64,000 nucleotides of DNA from an uncultured bacterium. GTDB lineage: Bacteria; CG03; SLGR01; JAGXOG01. The stretch is taken from NCBI GenBank assembly GCA_964476445.1, contig CAYZAK010000004.1, forward strand, positions 491 to 64,490. Reading direction: 5' to 3'. The translations under genes were made by a program, and so were the position numbers. Each line of letters starts with the position of its first letter. Within the stretch, counting starts at the first letter, position 1. The notes beneath the pieces are model-generated. The model was not told the origin of the DNA. It did not search any database and saw only the letters and a list, made by a program, of their open reading frames with translations. Shown here piece by piece: positions 37,137 through 46,608 of the stretch.

Positions 37137-40100
37137 AAGAAGGGTAAAATTTTTTTTGTGCTTTGCTTTATTTATTCTTCAACTGAATATTAAGTTATTT
37201 GGAATTACAGTTGAAAATGAATCGGGAGAAAATTTTAGCGGTGAATTGGGTTATTTAATGGTTACCTCAACAGGAGTAACTCTGGCTAATAAATTTGAAC
37301 AGTTAACCCCCGAACAGTCACCCGAGCCCAGGTACTGGCATGCCATGTGGACCGATAATATAGTTGAAAAAATATATCTTTTCGGGGGTCGGGGGGTTGT
37401 TGTTGATGGGGGCAGCCTGGGGGATACTCAATATTTCAGTGAAAATACATGGAACATACAGGAAGGAACCGGGCCTTCAAAAAGATCCAATATGGCGATT
37501 ACCGACTGCGGCCTACTATTTGGAGGTGTACATAGTGACACATTGTATGACGATACCTGGCGATTTAATGATGGTAATTGGAAAAAAATAGATGTTTCCA
37601 CTCACCCTTCCGCCCGGTTTGGGCATACCCTGAATATGACCGAAAAAGGCATGGTTCTTTTTGGTGGCAGTGAAGGAGCCGGGGAGACCTGGATTTTAGA
37701 TACTCAAGTTGATGAGTGGACTGAGGTTACGCCGGCAAATTCACCGCCCGGCCGGGAGAGACATGTATCCTGGGTTACTGAAACCGGGGAAGTTATTATT
37801 TTCGGAGGCCGGAACGGAGATGATTTTTTTGGTGATACCTGGAAGTATGATCCGGTAAGTGAGGAGTGGGAAAATCTGGAAATTGAAGGCCCTTCCGAAA
37901 GAGAGTTCGGTACAGTATTTTTCGATAAAGATACCCAGGCAGCGGTATTGTTTGGCGGCGGAAAAGGACCTTCAGCTATATATTTAAATGATTTATGGAT
38001 TTTTCACGACGGTAAATGGCATCAGAGTTATCCTTATTTACCCGGTGAAGCGCCGGAGGAAAGAACCAGCGCCGCCGCTTCGTACTATCCGTCGGAAAAA
38101 TGGGGTATGTTTTTCGGGGGCTATCAGGATTTAAAGAATTCTGAAGAAAAATATTTCGGGGATACCTGGAAACTCGAGCTTTCCACCGGCGGTGTTTATG
38201 TATCCCCTGTTTTTGATACCGGCGAAATTAATACCAGGCTGTACTATGAAAGGTTGGATTGGTCCGTAAAGGGGGCCTCCGGCAGCGTTAAATTTCAGGT
38301 CGCCTCTTCTTCGATAAATCAACCGGCTCCGGATAATTTCACCGGCCCTGACGGTTCTACGGAAAGCTATTACACCGCGCCCGGCGAGGTTGATTCCTAC
38401 CATTACAATAACCGGTATTTCAGGTACCGTTTTTTTATGGAAAATGATAAACCAGGGGTTGTTGACCCGGTCAGTGTGGTATCCGCTTCGGTGACATATA
38501 ATCATGCTCCCACTACCCCTACATTGAATTCCCATGAATCCTCGGCTGAAGACGGGGGAGTATCCGGAGCGGCAACTAAATTTGCATGGAACCATGCCGA
38601 TGATAGTGACGGAGATGAGATTAAATATAATCTACAGGTGGCTTATACACAAAATTTCAGTGATTTTATAATAAACGAAACTAATATTGAAGAGCACGAT
38701 CATTCGCCGACAGGCATTGAGAGAGAAATGGAGCACGGAGGTCCCTACTACTGGCGGGTCAGGGCTAATGACGGTTCGGTCTACGGGAATTTTTCTTCAA
38801 CCTGGTCCATTTATATAGATACGGTCCCCCCGGCGGCTGTAACTACCCTTACCGCTCAAAGAGATGATTATAAAAGCGGCGCGGTTGAGCTGGAGTGGAC
38901 CGTACCCGACGAACGGGAACTTACCCGGATTAGATGGACACATTTATATGAAATTGATAGTGAAAGCAGATGGGGTAATTCTGATGAAAAAGAATATACT
39001 TCTACCGTACCCACAGGTTCAACGGACAGTTATGTGGTCACCGGTCTTAACGATGCTACCACCTACTGGTTCTCGGTCCGGCTGGAAGACGAAGCTGGAA
39101 ACCTGAGCGATTTTTTTTCCAGCCCGGCCTGTAAGACCAATTCTCCTCCTGAAATAACTCTTACTCAGGATCTTGACGGAGAGTGGGGAACGGCTTCGGA
39201 TAAGGGAACCTCAACAATAGTGTTTTCCTGGGATATATACGATCCGGACCCCGAGGACACCCATGAAGTGGATATATGGATGGCCGAAGATATAGATCGG
39301 GATTTCGATATCCGGGTGGCTACCGGTATAATCGGCAGCGCCGGGGAATATAGCTGGGATTCCCGGCACGTAAGAAACGCCCCTTCCTACCGGGCCCGTT
39401 TCATGGTCAAAGACCAGCGGGGGCTTTCGGGATATATCATAAGTCCGGGTACGATGAATATAACTAACTACAATGAACCCCCGGAAATAACCTTGATTAC
39501 TCCTTCCGGCGGAGAGGAGTGGAACGATATTAATTATATAGACTGGGACTGGTACGATCCCAATCGCACGGATACGGTATATTTTGAAATTTTAGTGTCC
39601 ACCGATGCCGGCCAAAATTTTACCTATGTAGAGGAGTATGTCCGGCCATCGGAGATACCCTACCGTTGGGGCACGGGAAACGTCCCCGACAGTGATGAGT
39701 CTGTAGTAAAAGTTATAGGCATAGATAATCACGGTGCCGAAGGCAAAGATATATCCGGGGAATTTTCCATAAAAAATGATTCTCTGCCTCCCAAACCTTT
39801 TGATTTAATATCTCCGGAATATGGTTCTTTTTCGTATTCCACCCAGGTTGTATTTTCGTGGGAGGAGACCGCCGACGCCGACGGCGGGGAGATTACCTAT
39901 ACCTTATGTATTTCTGAAAATCCTGATTTTGTACCACATAATCTTTACGAAGATTTAACCGGGACTCAGAAAGAACTTGCCCTTGAAGATGAGACTATTT
40001 ACTACTGGAAGGTTCTGGCCAAGGACGAAAAACTGGTGGATACAGAGAGCTCATCCTGGGGTAAATTCGCCGTTAATATAAATCCCCCCCAAATTCTTTC

Positions 40101-41208
40101 TTCCTGGCCGGAAGACGGGGATATGCTTATTATGACCGGCACGGAGACGGTAAGGTTCGAACTTAACAAAAATTATGACGATCGAAATCCCAAAACTATT
40201 TCCGTTCACGAGCATATTAGCATATATGATGAATACGGTAATTATATCAGCGCAATGTACTATGATCTTTCATTGGATACTCATACCCATATTTTAAAAA
40301 TCACCCCTGATGCAGAACATAGAAAATTTATGCCTTCCCGGAAGTATACAGTAAAAATTGGTAAAAAAATTACCGATTCTGTGGGGCATACTTTTTTAGG
40401 AGACCGGAAAATAGAATTTGTCCGGCTTCTGGAGGATAAAGATACCGCCGGCCTTGAAATTACAGAGCTTGCCTCTCTAGAAATCCCCTCCGGTTTTATA
40501 GGGGAAAGCAGCTATGTTCGATTGACCAGGAGGGATCAGACCGAAGAGACCCGCCGGGCCGACAGAATGGTTGCTACTAATCCGCTGGTCAGTATTGAAA
40601 CATTGGATATGGTTGAACTTAGGGCGTTTGATTCTTCGGGAGAAAGAGTAGATGATTTTATTAAAAATCCTGATTTAACTATGTACTACACTGAAGAAAA
40701 GGGACTGGCCGGTGGTAAAAATATTGATGAGAGATTTCTTAAAATTTTCAGGTTGAATTCTGACGGTACGGTCAGTGGAAGTTTCTCCGGCGGGTCCAGT
40801 TCCGGATGGGAGTATGTAGGCGGGGAGAACGACTATACTCAAAATAAAGTTACGGTAAGTCCGTCCCGGTCGGGATTATATTCTTTAAAAGCCTATTCCG
40901 AGCCGGTAAAGGAGGTTTCAGAGGTAATTGCTTACCCCAATCCGTTCAATCCTTTTGAAGATGAGTTAAACATTAAATTTATTATTACTAAGAATATGAG
41001 TCTGGAACTGGAATTTTACACTCTGACCGGGGATCTGGTTTACAGACATGAAAAAGAATTTCAGGGAGATTCGGCAGGAACCCAGGTAAGTTTTACCTGG
41101 GATGGAAGAAATAATGAACATACTCTTGTAGGTAATGGAATGTACTACGGGCGTATTAAAAACAAGGGTGAGGAGAAGGAAAGTTTTTTAATAGGAGTAG
41201 TTAAATAG
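37129..41208 (+). CDS. Large secreted protein: signal peptide, six-bladed Kelch/galactose-oxidase-like beta-propeller, FN3/Ig-like repeats, and T9SS (Por) C-terminal sorting domain
   Basis: N-terminal hydrophobic signal. Six LFGG-type Kelch blades (YLFGGRG, LLFGGVH, VLFGGSEG, IIFGGRNG, VLFGGGKG, MFFGGYQD). Tandem beta-sandwich repeats with W-rich FN3-like cores. The C-terminus is AYPNPFNPFEDEL...GMYYGRIKN...VVK, typical of a type-A T9SS C-terminal domain. Confidence 0.7.
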   Translation: MSKRRVKFFLCFALFILQLNIKLFGITVENESGENFSGELGYLMVTSTGVTLANKFEQLTPEQSPEPRYWHAMWTDNIVEKIYLFGGRGVVVDGGSLGDTQYFSENTWNIQEGTGPSKRSNMAITDCGLLFGGVHSDTLYDDTWRFNDGNWKKIDVSTHPSARFGHTLNMTEKGMVLFGGSEGAGETWILDTQVDEWTEVTPANSPPGRERHVSWVTETGEVIIFGGRNGDDFFGDTWKYDPVSEEWENLEIEGPSEREFGTVFFDKDTQAAVLFGGGKGPSAIYLNDLWIFHDGKWHQSYPYLPGEAPEERTSAAASYYPSEKWGMFFGGYQDLKNSEEKYFGDTWKLELSTGGVYVSPVFDTGEINTRLYYERLDWSVKGASGSVKFQVASSSINQPAPDNFTGPDGSTESYYTAPGEVDSYHYNNRYFRYRFFMENDKPGVVDPVSVVSASVTYNHAPTTPTLNSHESSAEDGGVSGAATKFAWNHADDSDGDEIKYNLQVAYTQNFSDFIINETNIEEHDHSPTGIEREMEHGGPYYWRVRANDGSVYGNFSSTWSIYIDTVPPAAVTTLTAQRDDYKSGAVELEWTVPDERELTRIRWTHLYEIDSESRWGNSDEKEYTSTVPTGSTDSYVVTGLNDATTYWFSVRLEDEAGNLSDFFSSPACKTNSPPEITLTQDLDGEWGTASDKGTSTIVFSWDIYDPDPEDTHEVDIWMAEDIDRDFDIRVATGIIGSAGEYSWDSRHVRNAPSYRARFMVKDQRGLSGYIISPGTMNITNYNEPPEITLITPSGGEEWNDINYIDWDWYDPNRTDTVYFEILVSTDAGQNFTYVEEYVRPSEIPYRWGTGNVPDSDESVVKVIGIDNHGAEGKDISGEFSIKNDSLPPKPFDLISPEYGSFSYSTQVVFSWEETADADGGEITYTLCISENPDFVPHNLYEDLTGTQKELALEDETIYYWKVLAKDEKLVDTESSSWGKFAVNINPPQILSSWPEDGDMLIMTGTETVRFELNKNYDDRNPKTISVHEHISIYDEYGNYISAMYYDLSLDTHTHILKITPDAEHRKFMPSRKYTVKIGKKITDSVGHTFLGDRKIEFVRLLEDKDTAGLEITELASLEIPSGFIGESSYVRLTRRDQTEETRRADRMVATNPLVSIETLDMVELRAFDSSGERVDDFIKNPDLTMYYTEEKGLAGGKNIDERFLKIFRLNSDGTVSGSFSGGSSSGWEYVGGENDYTQNKVTVSPSRSGLYSLKAYSEPVKEVSEVIAYPNPFNPFEDELNIKFIITKNMSLELEFYTLTGDLVYRHEKEFQGDSAGTQVSFTWDGRNNEHTLVGNGMYYGRIKNKGEEKESFLIGVVK

Positions 41209-41233
41209 TTAAATTAAAAGGAGTTATATTAAA

Positions 41234-41608
41234 ATGATGGAAGAAAAAAAGAGAGTATTAATTGCCGAAGATGACGAGGATGTAATACTGGTACTGAAAG
41301 AAGGTTTAAAAGGATATGAATTTATAACTGCCAAAGATGGGAAGGAGGCTTATAAGAAGATAAAATCAGAACATCCGGATTTAATCATTTTGGATGTTAT
41401 GATGCCTGAAATTAATGGAGCCGATTTAAATAAAAGGTTGAAAAGAGAAGATGAAGTTAAGGATATTCCGGTTTTAATAATTACCGGCCGCCCGAATCTC
41501 CGGGGCCTTTTTTCAGATTCGGGGGTCAATAAAGTCTCCGGATTTTTGGAAAAACCTTTTAGTCTAAAAATACTTAAGGAGGAATTAGAAAAAATTATTA
41601 ATAAATGA
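41234..41608 (+). CDS. Orphan single-domain response regulator (CheY-like receiver)
   Basis: VLIAEDDED, LIILDVMMPEINGAD and KPF motifs. 124 aa. Confidence 0.75.
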   Translation: MMEEKKRVLIAEDDEDVILVLKEGLKGYEFITAKDGKEAYKKIKSEHPDLIILDVMMPEINGADLNKRLKREDEVKDIPVLIITGRPNLRGLFSDSGVNKVSGFLEKPFSLKILKEELEKIINK

Positions 41609-43107
41609 GAAAGAGTTTTTTTACATACTGTATAATAATGATTGTAGTAACTCCTGCCGGTGCTTTTTATGCTCCTTCCGGTGGAACCGGGGGAGTGCCG
41701 GGAGAGTATCTCTCTTATTTTTCTGCCTCGGCCAGGGCGCTGGGTATGGGGGAGGCCCATACTTCAATTTCAGACAGCGCGTCGTCTATTTACTATAATC
41801 CGGCAAATATTGGTGGTTTGGGCAATCATACCGTAGACACTCTTTACACGACTTTGTTGGGAGGAGGCAATTACGCGTCTCTATTTTACTCGGGTGCGCT
41901 GGGTATGGATTATACGGTGGGAGCCGGGGTGGTATCCTTAAATTCCGGTGAAGGGGTAAAGAGAAACCGATGGGGAGCTGACGAAGGTAAGTTTAGAGAT
42001 TACAGAACTGCAATTTACCTTGCTCTGGCAAAAAATTTTGAACCTAAATTTAAGCTGGGTTTAAATTTAAAAATCTTAAATCAGCAGATAGATACTTATG
42101 AAGATTCGGGGTTGGGTTTGGACGGAGGTTTAAAATTAAGGGCAACTGATAGAATTGATGTAGGCTTAAATATCCAAAATATACTTTCTCCCGCCTTAAA
42201 GCTAATAAATGAAGAGGAAAGATACCCCCTCAATATAAAAATGGGAGTTAGCCGCAGTTTTTTTCTGGACCGGCGGTTGACTGTTACAGGCGATTTAGGT
42301 TTACTTGACCCCGGCGGTCAGAGAACTTTAAGATGGCATACCGGATTAGAATATAAAATTTTTGACCTTATCTATTTGAGGGGAGGATTGAACTATAAAA
42401 ATATTACCGGCGGACTGGGATTAAAAACGGATAAATTTGGATTTTCCTATGCGGTTAGATATTCTGACCCCGGTCTTTTCCATACGGTGAGTACATCCTA
42501 TATGTTTGGCATGCTTCCATCCAAGAAGGAAAAACAGCTAGCCCGTAAAGAAGAACTGCTGGATGAACGGGAGCAAAGATTTAAAGAGTGGAGAAAAGAA
42601 CAGGAGAGAGCTCTCAGGGAAAGGTTGGGACGTACCCAGGAGGAATTAGAAGAACAGATGGAAGAAGCCAGGTCCAAAAATGAGGAGCTGGAAGCTTTAA
42701 TACAGGCGGCTATAGATATTAGACGTGGGGATTATGCCCGTGCCGAGGAGAGTCTCAGGGGAATTTTAGAGCGGGATCCCCATCAGGAAGATGCTGGTAA
42801 ACTGCTGGAAATTATCGAGAAAGAACTGGCTAAAGAGTTTTCGTTTAATCGGATGATGGGCGCCTATAACGAGGGAAACTATGAAGTAGCTTTAAACGAA
42901 TCCCGTAAAGCAAAAAGGGATAATACCCAGTTTGAGCAGATTCAGATTATAGGTCTTTTGTCATCGGCCCGGGTAAATATACTGTCTGAAAATTTTGAGC
43001 GGGCCAAAAGTGAGTTGCGTAAAGTGATGGATATACGTCCAGATAGCGAGACGGCCCGTTCTCTTCTCAGGAGAGCTGAAAGATTAGAGGAAATACATGG
43101 ACAGTAA
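41605..43107 (+). CDS. Outer-membrane beta-barrel protein (PorV/FadL-like N-terminal motif) fused to a C-terminal coiled-coil/TPR-like helical domain
   Basis: Signal peptide. Conserved ARALGMGEAHT...IYYNPANIG motif, of the GMGGA...NPAG type seen in PorV/FadL/UPF0164 barrels. Alternating beta-strand pattern over about 300 aa, then about 190 aa rich in E/R/K/L heptads. Confidence 0.5.
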   Translation: MRKSFFTYCIIMIVVTPAGAFYAPSGGTGGVPGEYLSYFSASARALGMGEAHTSISDSASSIYYNPANIGGLGNHTVDTLYTTLLGGGNYASLFYSGALGMDYTVGAGVVSLNSGEGVKRNRWGADEGKFRDYRTAIYLALAKNFEPKFKLGLNLKILNQQIDTYEDSGLGLDGGLKLRATDRIDVGLNIQNILSPALKLINEEERYPLNIKMGVSRSFFLDRRLTVTGDLGLLDPGGQRTLRWHTGLEYKIFDLIYLRGGLNYKNITGGLGLKTDKFGFSYAVRYSDPGLFHTVSTSYMFGMLPSKKEKQLARKEELLDEREQRFKEWRKEQERALRERLGRTQEELEEQMEEARSKNEELEALIQAAIDIRRGDYARAEESLRGILERDPHQEDAGKLLEIIEKELAKEFSFNRMMGAYNEGNYEVALNESRKAKRDNTQFEQIQIIGLLSSARVNILSENFERAKSELRKVMDIRPDSETARSLLRRAERLEEIHGQ

Positions 43108-44338
43108 AAATAAATTAATGAGGCTGGCTTTTTTAGTGGTGTTGTTAGGGTTTAGAAGTTATGTTCCAGTTGTGGCCGTTCAGGATGCCTACCAGCAAGG
43201 AGTAAATTTTTATTTGGACGGAAATATAGAACAGGCCATGACATCTCTCAATGAAGCCTATGAAGAGTCTCCGGAGAATGAGAGGGTAAAAGGGCTGTTA
43301 GCCGAGGTATTAATTTTAAAAGCCGGAGAGTTAAACGAAAGAGAAGAGTATGAAAAAGCGCTTGACCATATTGGAAAAGCTAAAGATTTAAGACCGGACG
43401 ATGATAAGGTCAATAGAGTTTATAATATGTTGCATTCAAAAGTCCATCCGGATGAGTATTTAAAAGAAAAAGAGATTGAAACTACTGACCCGGAATTTGA
43501 GGAAGAACCTGAACACCGGGATTTACAGGAGATTAAAGAAGAAGAAGAAGAAAAACGGGAAGAAAGGGTCCGGATAATAGAAAAACCTCCGCAAAAACTT
43601 ACCGTAAGAGAAAGGGAGCTTTTAAGACCTATAATTATGACCGGGGAAGACAAGACAGATAGTACAATTTATTATGTAATGGGGGGAACTGTTTTTTCAT
43701 TGATGTTGTTTATGAGTATGGCGGGATTCTGGATAAAAAACCTTACTCAAAGTAACCGGGAGAGTATGGAACAAATCACCCAGGCCTCGTCAGAGAAAGT
43801 GGAACGGATGGAAAAAGAATTAAAAAAGGTCCGCCGTGAAAAACAAAGGATAAATAAAAAAGAAAAAAAGGATTCTCATCGGCAAAAAAAAGACCGTAAA
43901 GTCAGGGAAGAACGACTTAAAAAAGAATACGCTCAGCTTCTTAAAGAGGCAATTCAATCCGATAACGCGCCCCGGGTGATTGAAGAACCCAGAATAGCTG
44001 AAAGTCCGGCCGATAAAGAAGAAGAAAAAGAAGTTAAAAATTCATTTAAAAGATTAAGGAAAACTAAGTACAATGAGGCATTTAAATTATTAAAAAGTAT
44101 GACCGGTAAAGGTAATTCTTGGGTCCGGTTATGGGCCGCCGAGCTTACGCCGGATTTAAAAGTACAGGATCGCCTTAATATTTTAAAAGAACTGGTTACT
44201 GACCCGGAATACCAGGTAAAAAAGAGGGCCCTTAAGGAACTTAAGAATATAACCGATTCCAAAGAGGTTGATAAAGTTTACCGGATAGAAGCTAATAATA
44301 TTTTAAAAGAGGTTAAGACCGACGGTTGGGTAGTGTAA
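43097..44338 (+). CDS. Hypothetical protein: signal/TPR-like N-terminal region, one internal TM helix, K/E/R-rich coiled coil, HEAT/TPR-like C-terminus
   Basis: Coding potential supported by length and overlap-coupled position. No catalytic motif recognised. TM segment IYYVMGGTVFSLMLFMSMAGFWI. Confidence 0.4.
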   Translation: MDSKNKLMRLAFLVVLLGFRSYVPVVAVQDAYQQGVNFYLDGNIEQAMTSLNEAYEESPENERVKGLLAEVLILKAGELNEREEYEKALDHIGKAKDLRPDDDKVNRVYNMLHSKVHPDEYLKEKEIETTDPEFEEEPEHRDLQEIKEEEEEKREERVRIIEKPPQKLTVRERELLRPIIMTGEDKTDSTIYYVMGGTVFSLMLFMSMAGFWIKNLTQSNRESMEQITQASSEKVERMEKELKKVRREKQRINKKEKKDSHRQKKDRKVREERLKKEYAQLLKEAIQSDNAPRVIEEPRIAESPADKEEEKEVKNSFKRLRKTKYNEAFKLLKSMTGKGNSWVRLWAAELTPDLKVQDRLNILKELVTDPEYQVKKRALKELKNITDSKEVDKVYRIEANNILKEVKTDGWVV

Positions 44339-44526
44339 CTACAAATATATCAGGTTGACCAGAAATATTAATTATGGTATATATAATTTATAAACTGGGA
44401 AAAAATTTATTATGACAAAAAACCGTATACCGGAACCGATAAGATACACCAACCAGAACGTACTAAATACCTTAGACCGTTCAACGTATAATACAGACTA
44501 TTTGAATTCCTCCGGCAATTATAAAG

Positions 44527-46458
44527 ATGACTAAAAAAAAACCGTTACTATGTATTACCGTTTCAGTAATTTTTACAGTTCTTATATTTTTTACCTTAGG
44601 GTGGCTTAAAGTTGTTGATTATAAAATAATGGACCAGATGTTTGAGCTCAGAGGTCCGGGAGAGTTTTCAGAATCAATAAACGTGGTAGCCATGGGGGAT
44701 GGCAGTTTAAATGCCCTGGGGCGTTGGCCGTGGCGGAGAGCCTATATGGCCTCTTTTATAAATATAATGAACAAATATGATTTGAGGACCCTGGTTTTTG
44801 ATGTACTTTTCTTAGAAGAGGACGAAGAGCATCCCGGCGACGATGTTTTACTTCGGAATCAGACTGAACTTCTGGGTAATGTCTTATATCCCTTTTACGG
44901 TATCCCTGAACATATTTATCGTGAAACAACCTATAAAATTCATATTGATGAAACTCAGAGAAAGATTTTAGAAAAAAGTTCATTGGGTAAAGTTTCCGAA
45001 CTGGAAAATCCCGAAAATTTAATTGAGGTTGGGGGGGTATCACTTCCGATTTCCAGTTTATGTGAAGTTGCCGCCGGTGTGGGAGCTATCAATGCGGATT
45101 CTGATTCAGACGGTATATATAGGAGAGTTCCTCTGGTTTTAAGGTTTGAAGATTTAATCGTTCCCAATATGGCTCTGGCTTCAGTGTTAAATTATCTAGG
45201 AGCTCAAAAAGAAGATGTAACTATAACCCCCGGACGCTCAATAACAATAAAAACTGATTCAGATACAATTGTAATTCCCGTAGACAGTAAGTACCAGATG
45301 ATGGTTAATCATACCGGTGATTTTAAACCTGATAATATCAATGTAGCATCGTTCATCCAGATAGTTAGATCTGACTATGACGATATGGAAGACCCGCCGA
45401 TTGATTTAACTATACTTAAGGAAAAAATGGCTTTTATAGGCCTTACGGGAACGGGAACAGCGGATTTAAGTCCCACACCCTATTCTAACGTATATCCAAT
45501 GGTCGGGTTCCTGGCAACAATATCTTCAAATATTTTAGAAGGAAATTTTCTTAGACCTGTACCGAGCTGGGTAAATTATTTTATTATAGTATCGATAATT
45601 TTAATGGCCATCTTAATTACAGTAAAGTTTAAAGCCTTACCATCGGCAATACTTAATATTATTATGGGCACGGTGTATTTTTATCTGAGTTATATGTTAT
45701 TTAAAAATGAGTACGTAGTGAGTACCTTTTATCCCCTTATGGGAATATTTTTTTCATACACCAGTTTTACAGTATACAAATTTGCCACCGAAGAAGAGGA
45801 AAAAAAGATCATAAGAAATATGTTTCAGCGATATGTTTCAACTCAAGTTGTGGATGTATTACTTGATAAGCCGGACCAGATCCGTCTCGGCGGCCAGAGA
45901 AAGCTTCTTACAGTTTTCTTTTCAGATATAAGAGGATTCACTTCAATGTCCGAGAAACTGCAGCCGGAAGAGGTGGTGCAGGTTTTAAATGAATACCTTA
46001 CCGAAATGATTAAAATTGTTTTTAAGTACAACGGTACTCTTGATAAATTTATGGGCGATGCTGTTATGGCTTTATGGGGAGCGCCAGTAGAGCAAAACGA
46101 TCACTCCATCCAGGCGGTGAGGGCAGCCTGGGAAATGAAAAAGACTCTTAAAAAACTACAAAAAAAATGGGCCCGGGAGGGAAAGAAATCCATAGCCGTG
46201 GGTATGGGAATTAATACCGGTGATGTAGTCGTCGGGAATATGGGTTCCGAACAGTTTGCGGATTACACCGTGATAGGTGATAATGTAAATCTGGCTGCCC
46301 GGCTTGAAGAAAATGCCGAACCGGATCAGATTTTAATAAGTGAAACAACTTACGAACAGGTAAAGGATATGATAAGAGCAAAGAAAATGCCCCCCCTGAA
46401 AGTTAAAGGAAAAGAAAAGCCTGTTAAAGTGTACGAAGTTTTAGAGGTAAAAAATTAG
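44527..46458 (+). CDS. CHASE2-domain class III adenylate/guanylate cyclase
   Basis: N-terminal TM. Periplasmic CHASE2-like region. Three to four TM helices. Cyclase catalytic core (TVFFSDIRGFTSMSE metal-binding D, KFMGDAVMALWGAP, GINTGDVVVGNMGS). Confidence 0.8.
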   Translation: MTKKKPLLCITVSVIFTVLIFFTLGWLKVVDYKIMDQMFELRGPGEFSESINVVAMGDGSLNALGRWPWRRAYMASFINIMNKYDLRTLVFDVLFLEEDEEHPGDDVLLRNQTELLGNVLYPFYGIPEHIYRETTYKIHIDETQRKILEKSSLGKVSELENPENLIEVGGVSLPISSLCEVAAGVGAINADSDSDGIYRRVPLVLRFEDLIVPNMALASVLNYLGAQKEDVTITPGRSITIKTDSDTIVIPVDSKYQMMVNHTGDFKPDNINVASFIQIVRSDYDDMEDPPIDLTILKEKMAFIGLTGTGTADLSPTPYSNVYPMVGFLATISSNILEGNFLRPVPSWVNYFIIVSIILMAILITVKFKALPSAILNIIMGTVYFYLSYMLFKNEYVVSTFYPLMGIFFSYTSFTVYKFATEEEEKKIIRNMFQRYVSTQVVDVLLDKPDQIRLGGQRKLLTVFFSDIRGFTSMSEKLQPEEVVQVLNEYLTEMIKIVFKYNGTLDKFMGDAVMALWGAPVEQNDHSIQAVRAAWEMKKTLKKLQKKWAREGKKSIAVGMGINTGDVVVGNMGSEQFADYTVIGDNVNLAARLEENAEPDQILISETTYEQVKDMIRAKKMPPLKVKGKEKPVKVYEVLEVKN

Positions 46459-46608
46459 GTTAAAGATAATTGTTAAATAAATTTTTTACTGTAAATGTGA
46501 GTAAAGTCACTGAAAATTTAAGTTAAATAAGCTATTATTTGTAATGCTGGCACTAATTAACAGGGAACCAGCGTAGAAAGATGGTAAGTTAACCGGAGGA
46601 TTTTTAAA

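Noticed and set aside
38131-38595. 154-aa minus-strand ORF and small + strand ORFs (37364-37591, 38864-39106) inside the Kelch/FN3 cargo gene
   Set aside because: They are internal shadow ORFs in a GC-rich gene. The main frame shows repeated Kelch blades and a T9SS C-terminal domain.
44412-44535. Possible 41-aa leader ORF (MTKNRIPEPIRYTNQN...) overlapping the start of the CHASE2 cyclase gene
   Set aside because: There is no recognisable RBS and no conservation evidence, and it is below the ORF-track length cut-off. It could be a regulatory upstream ORF, but that is unsupported from sequence alone.
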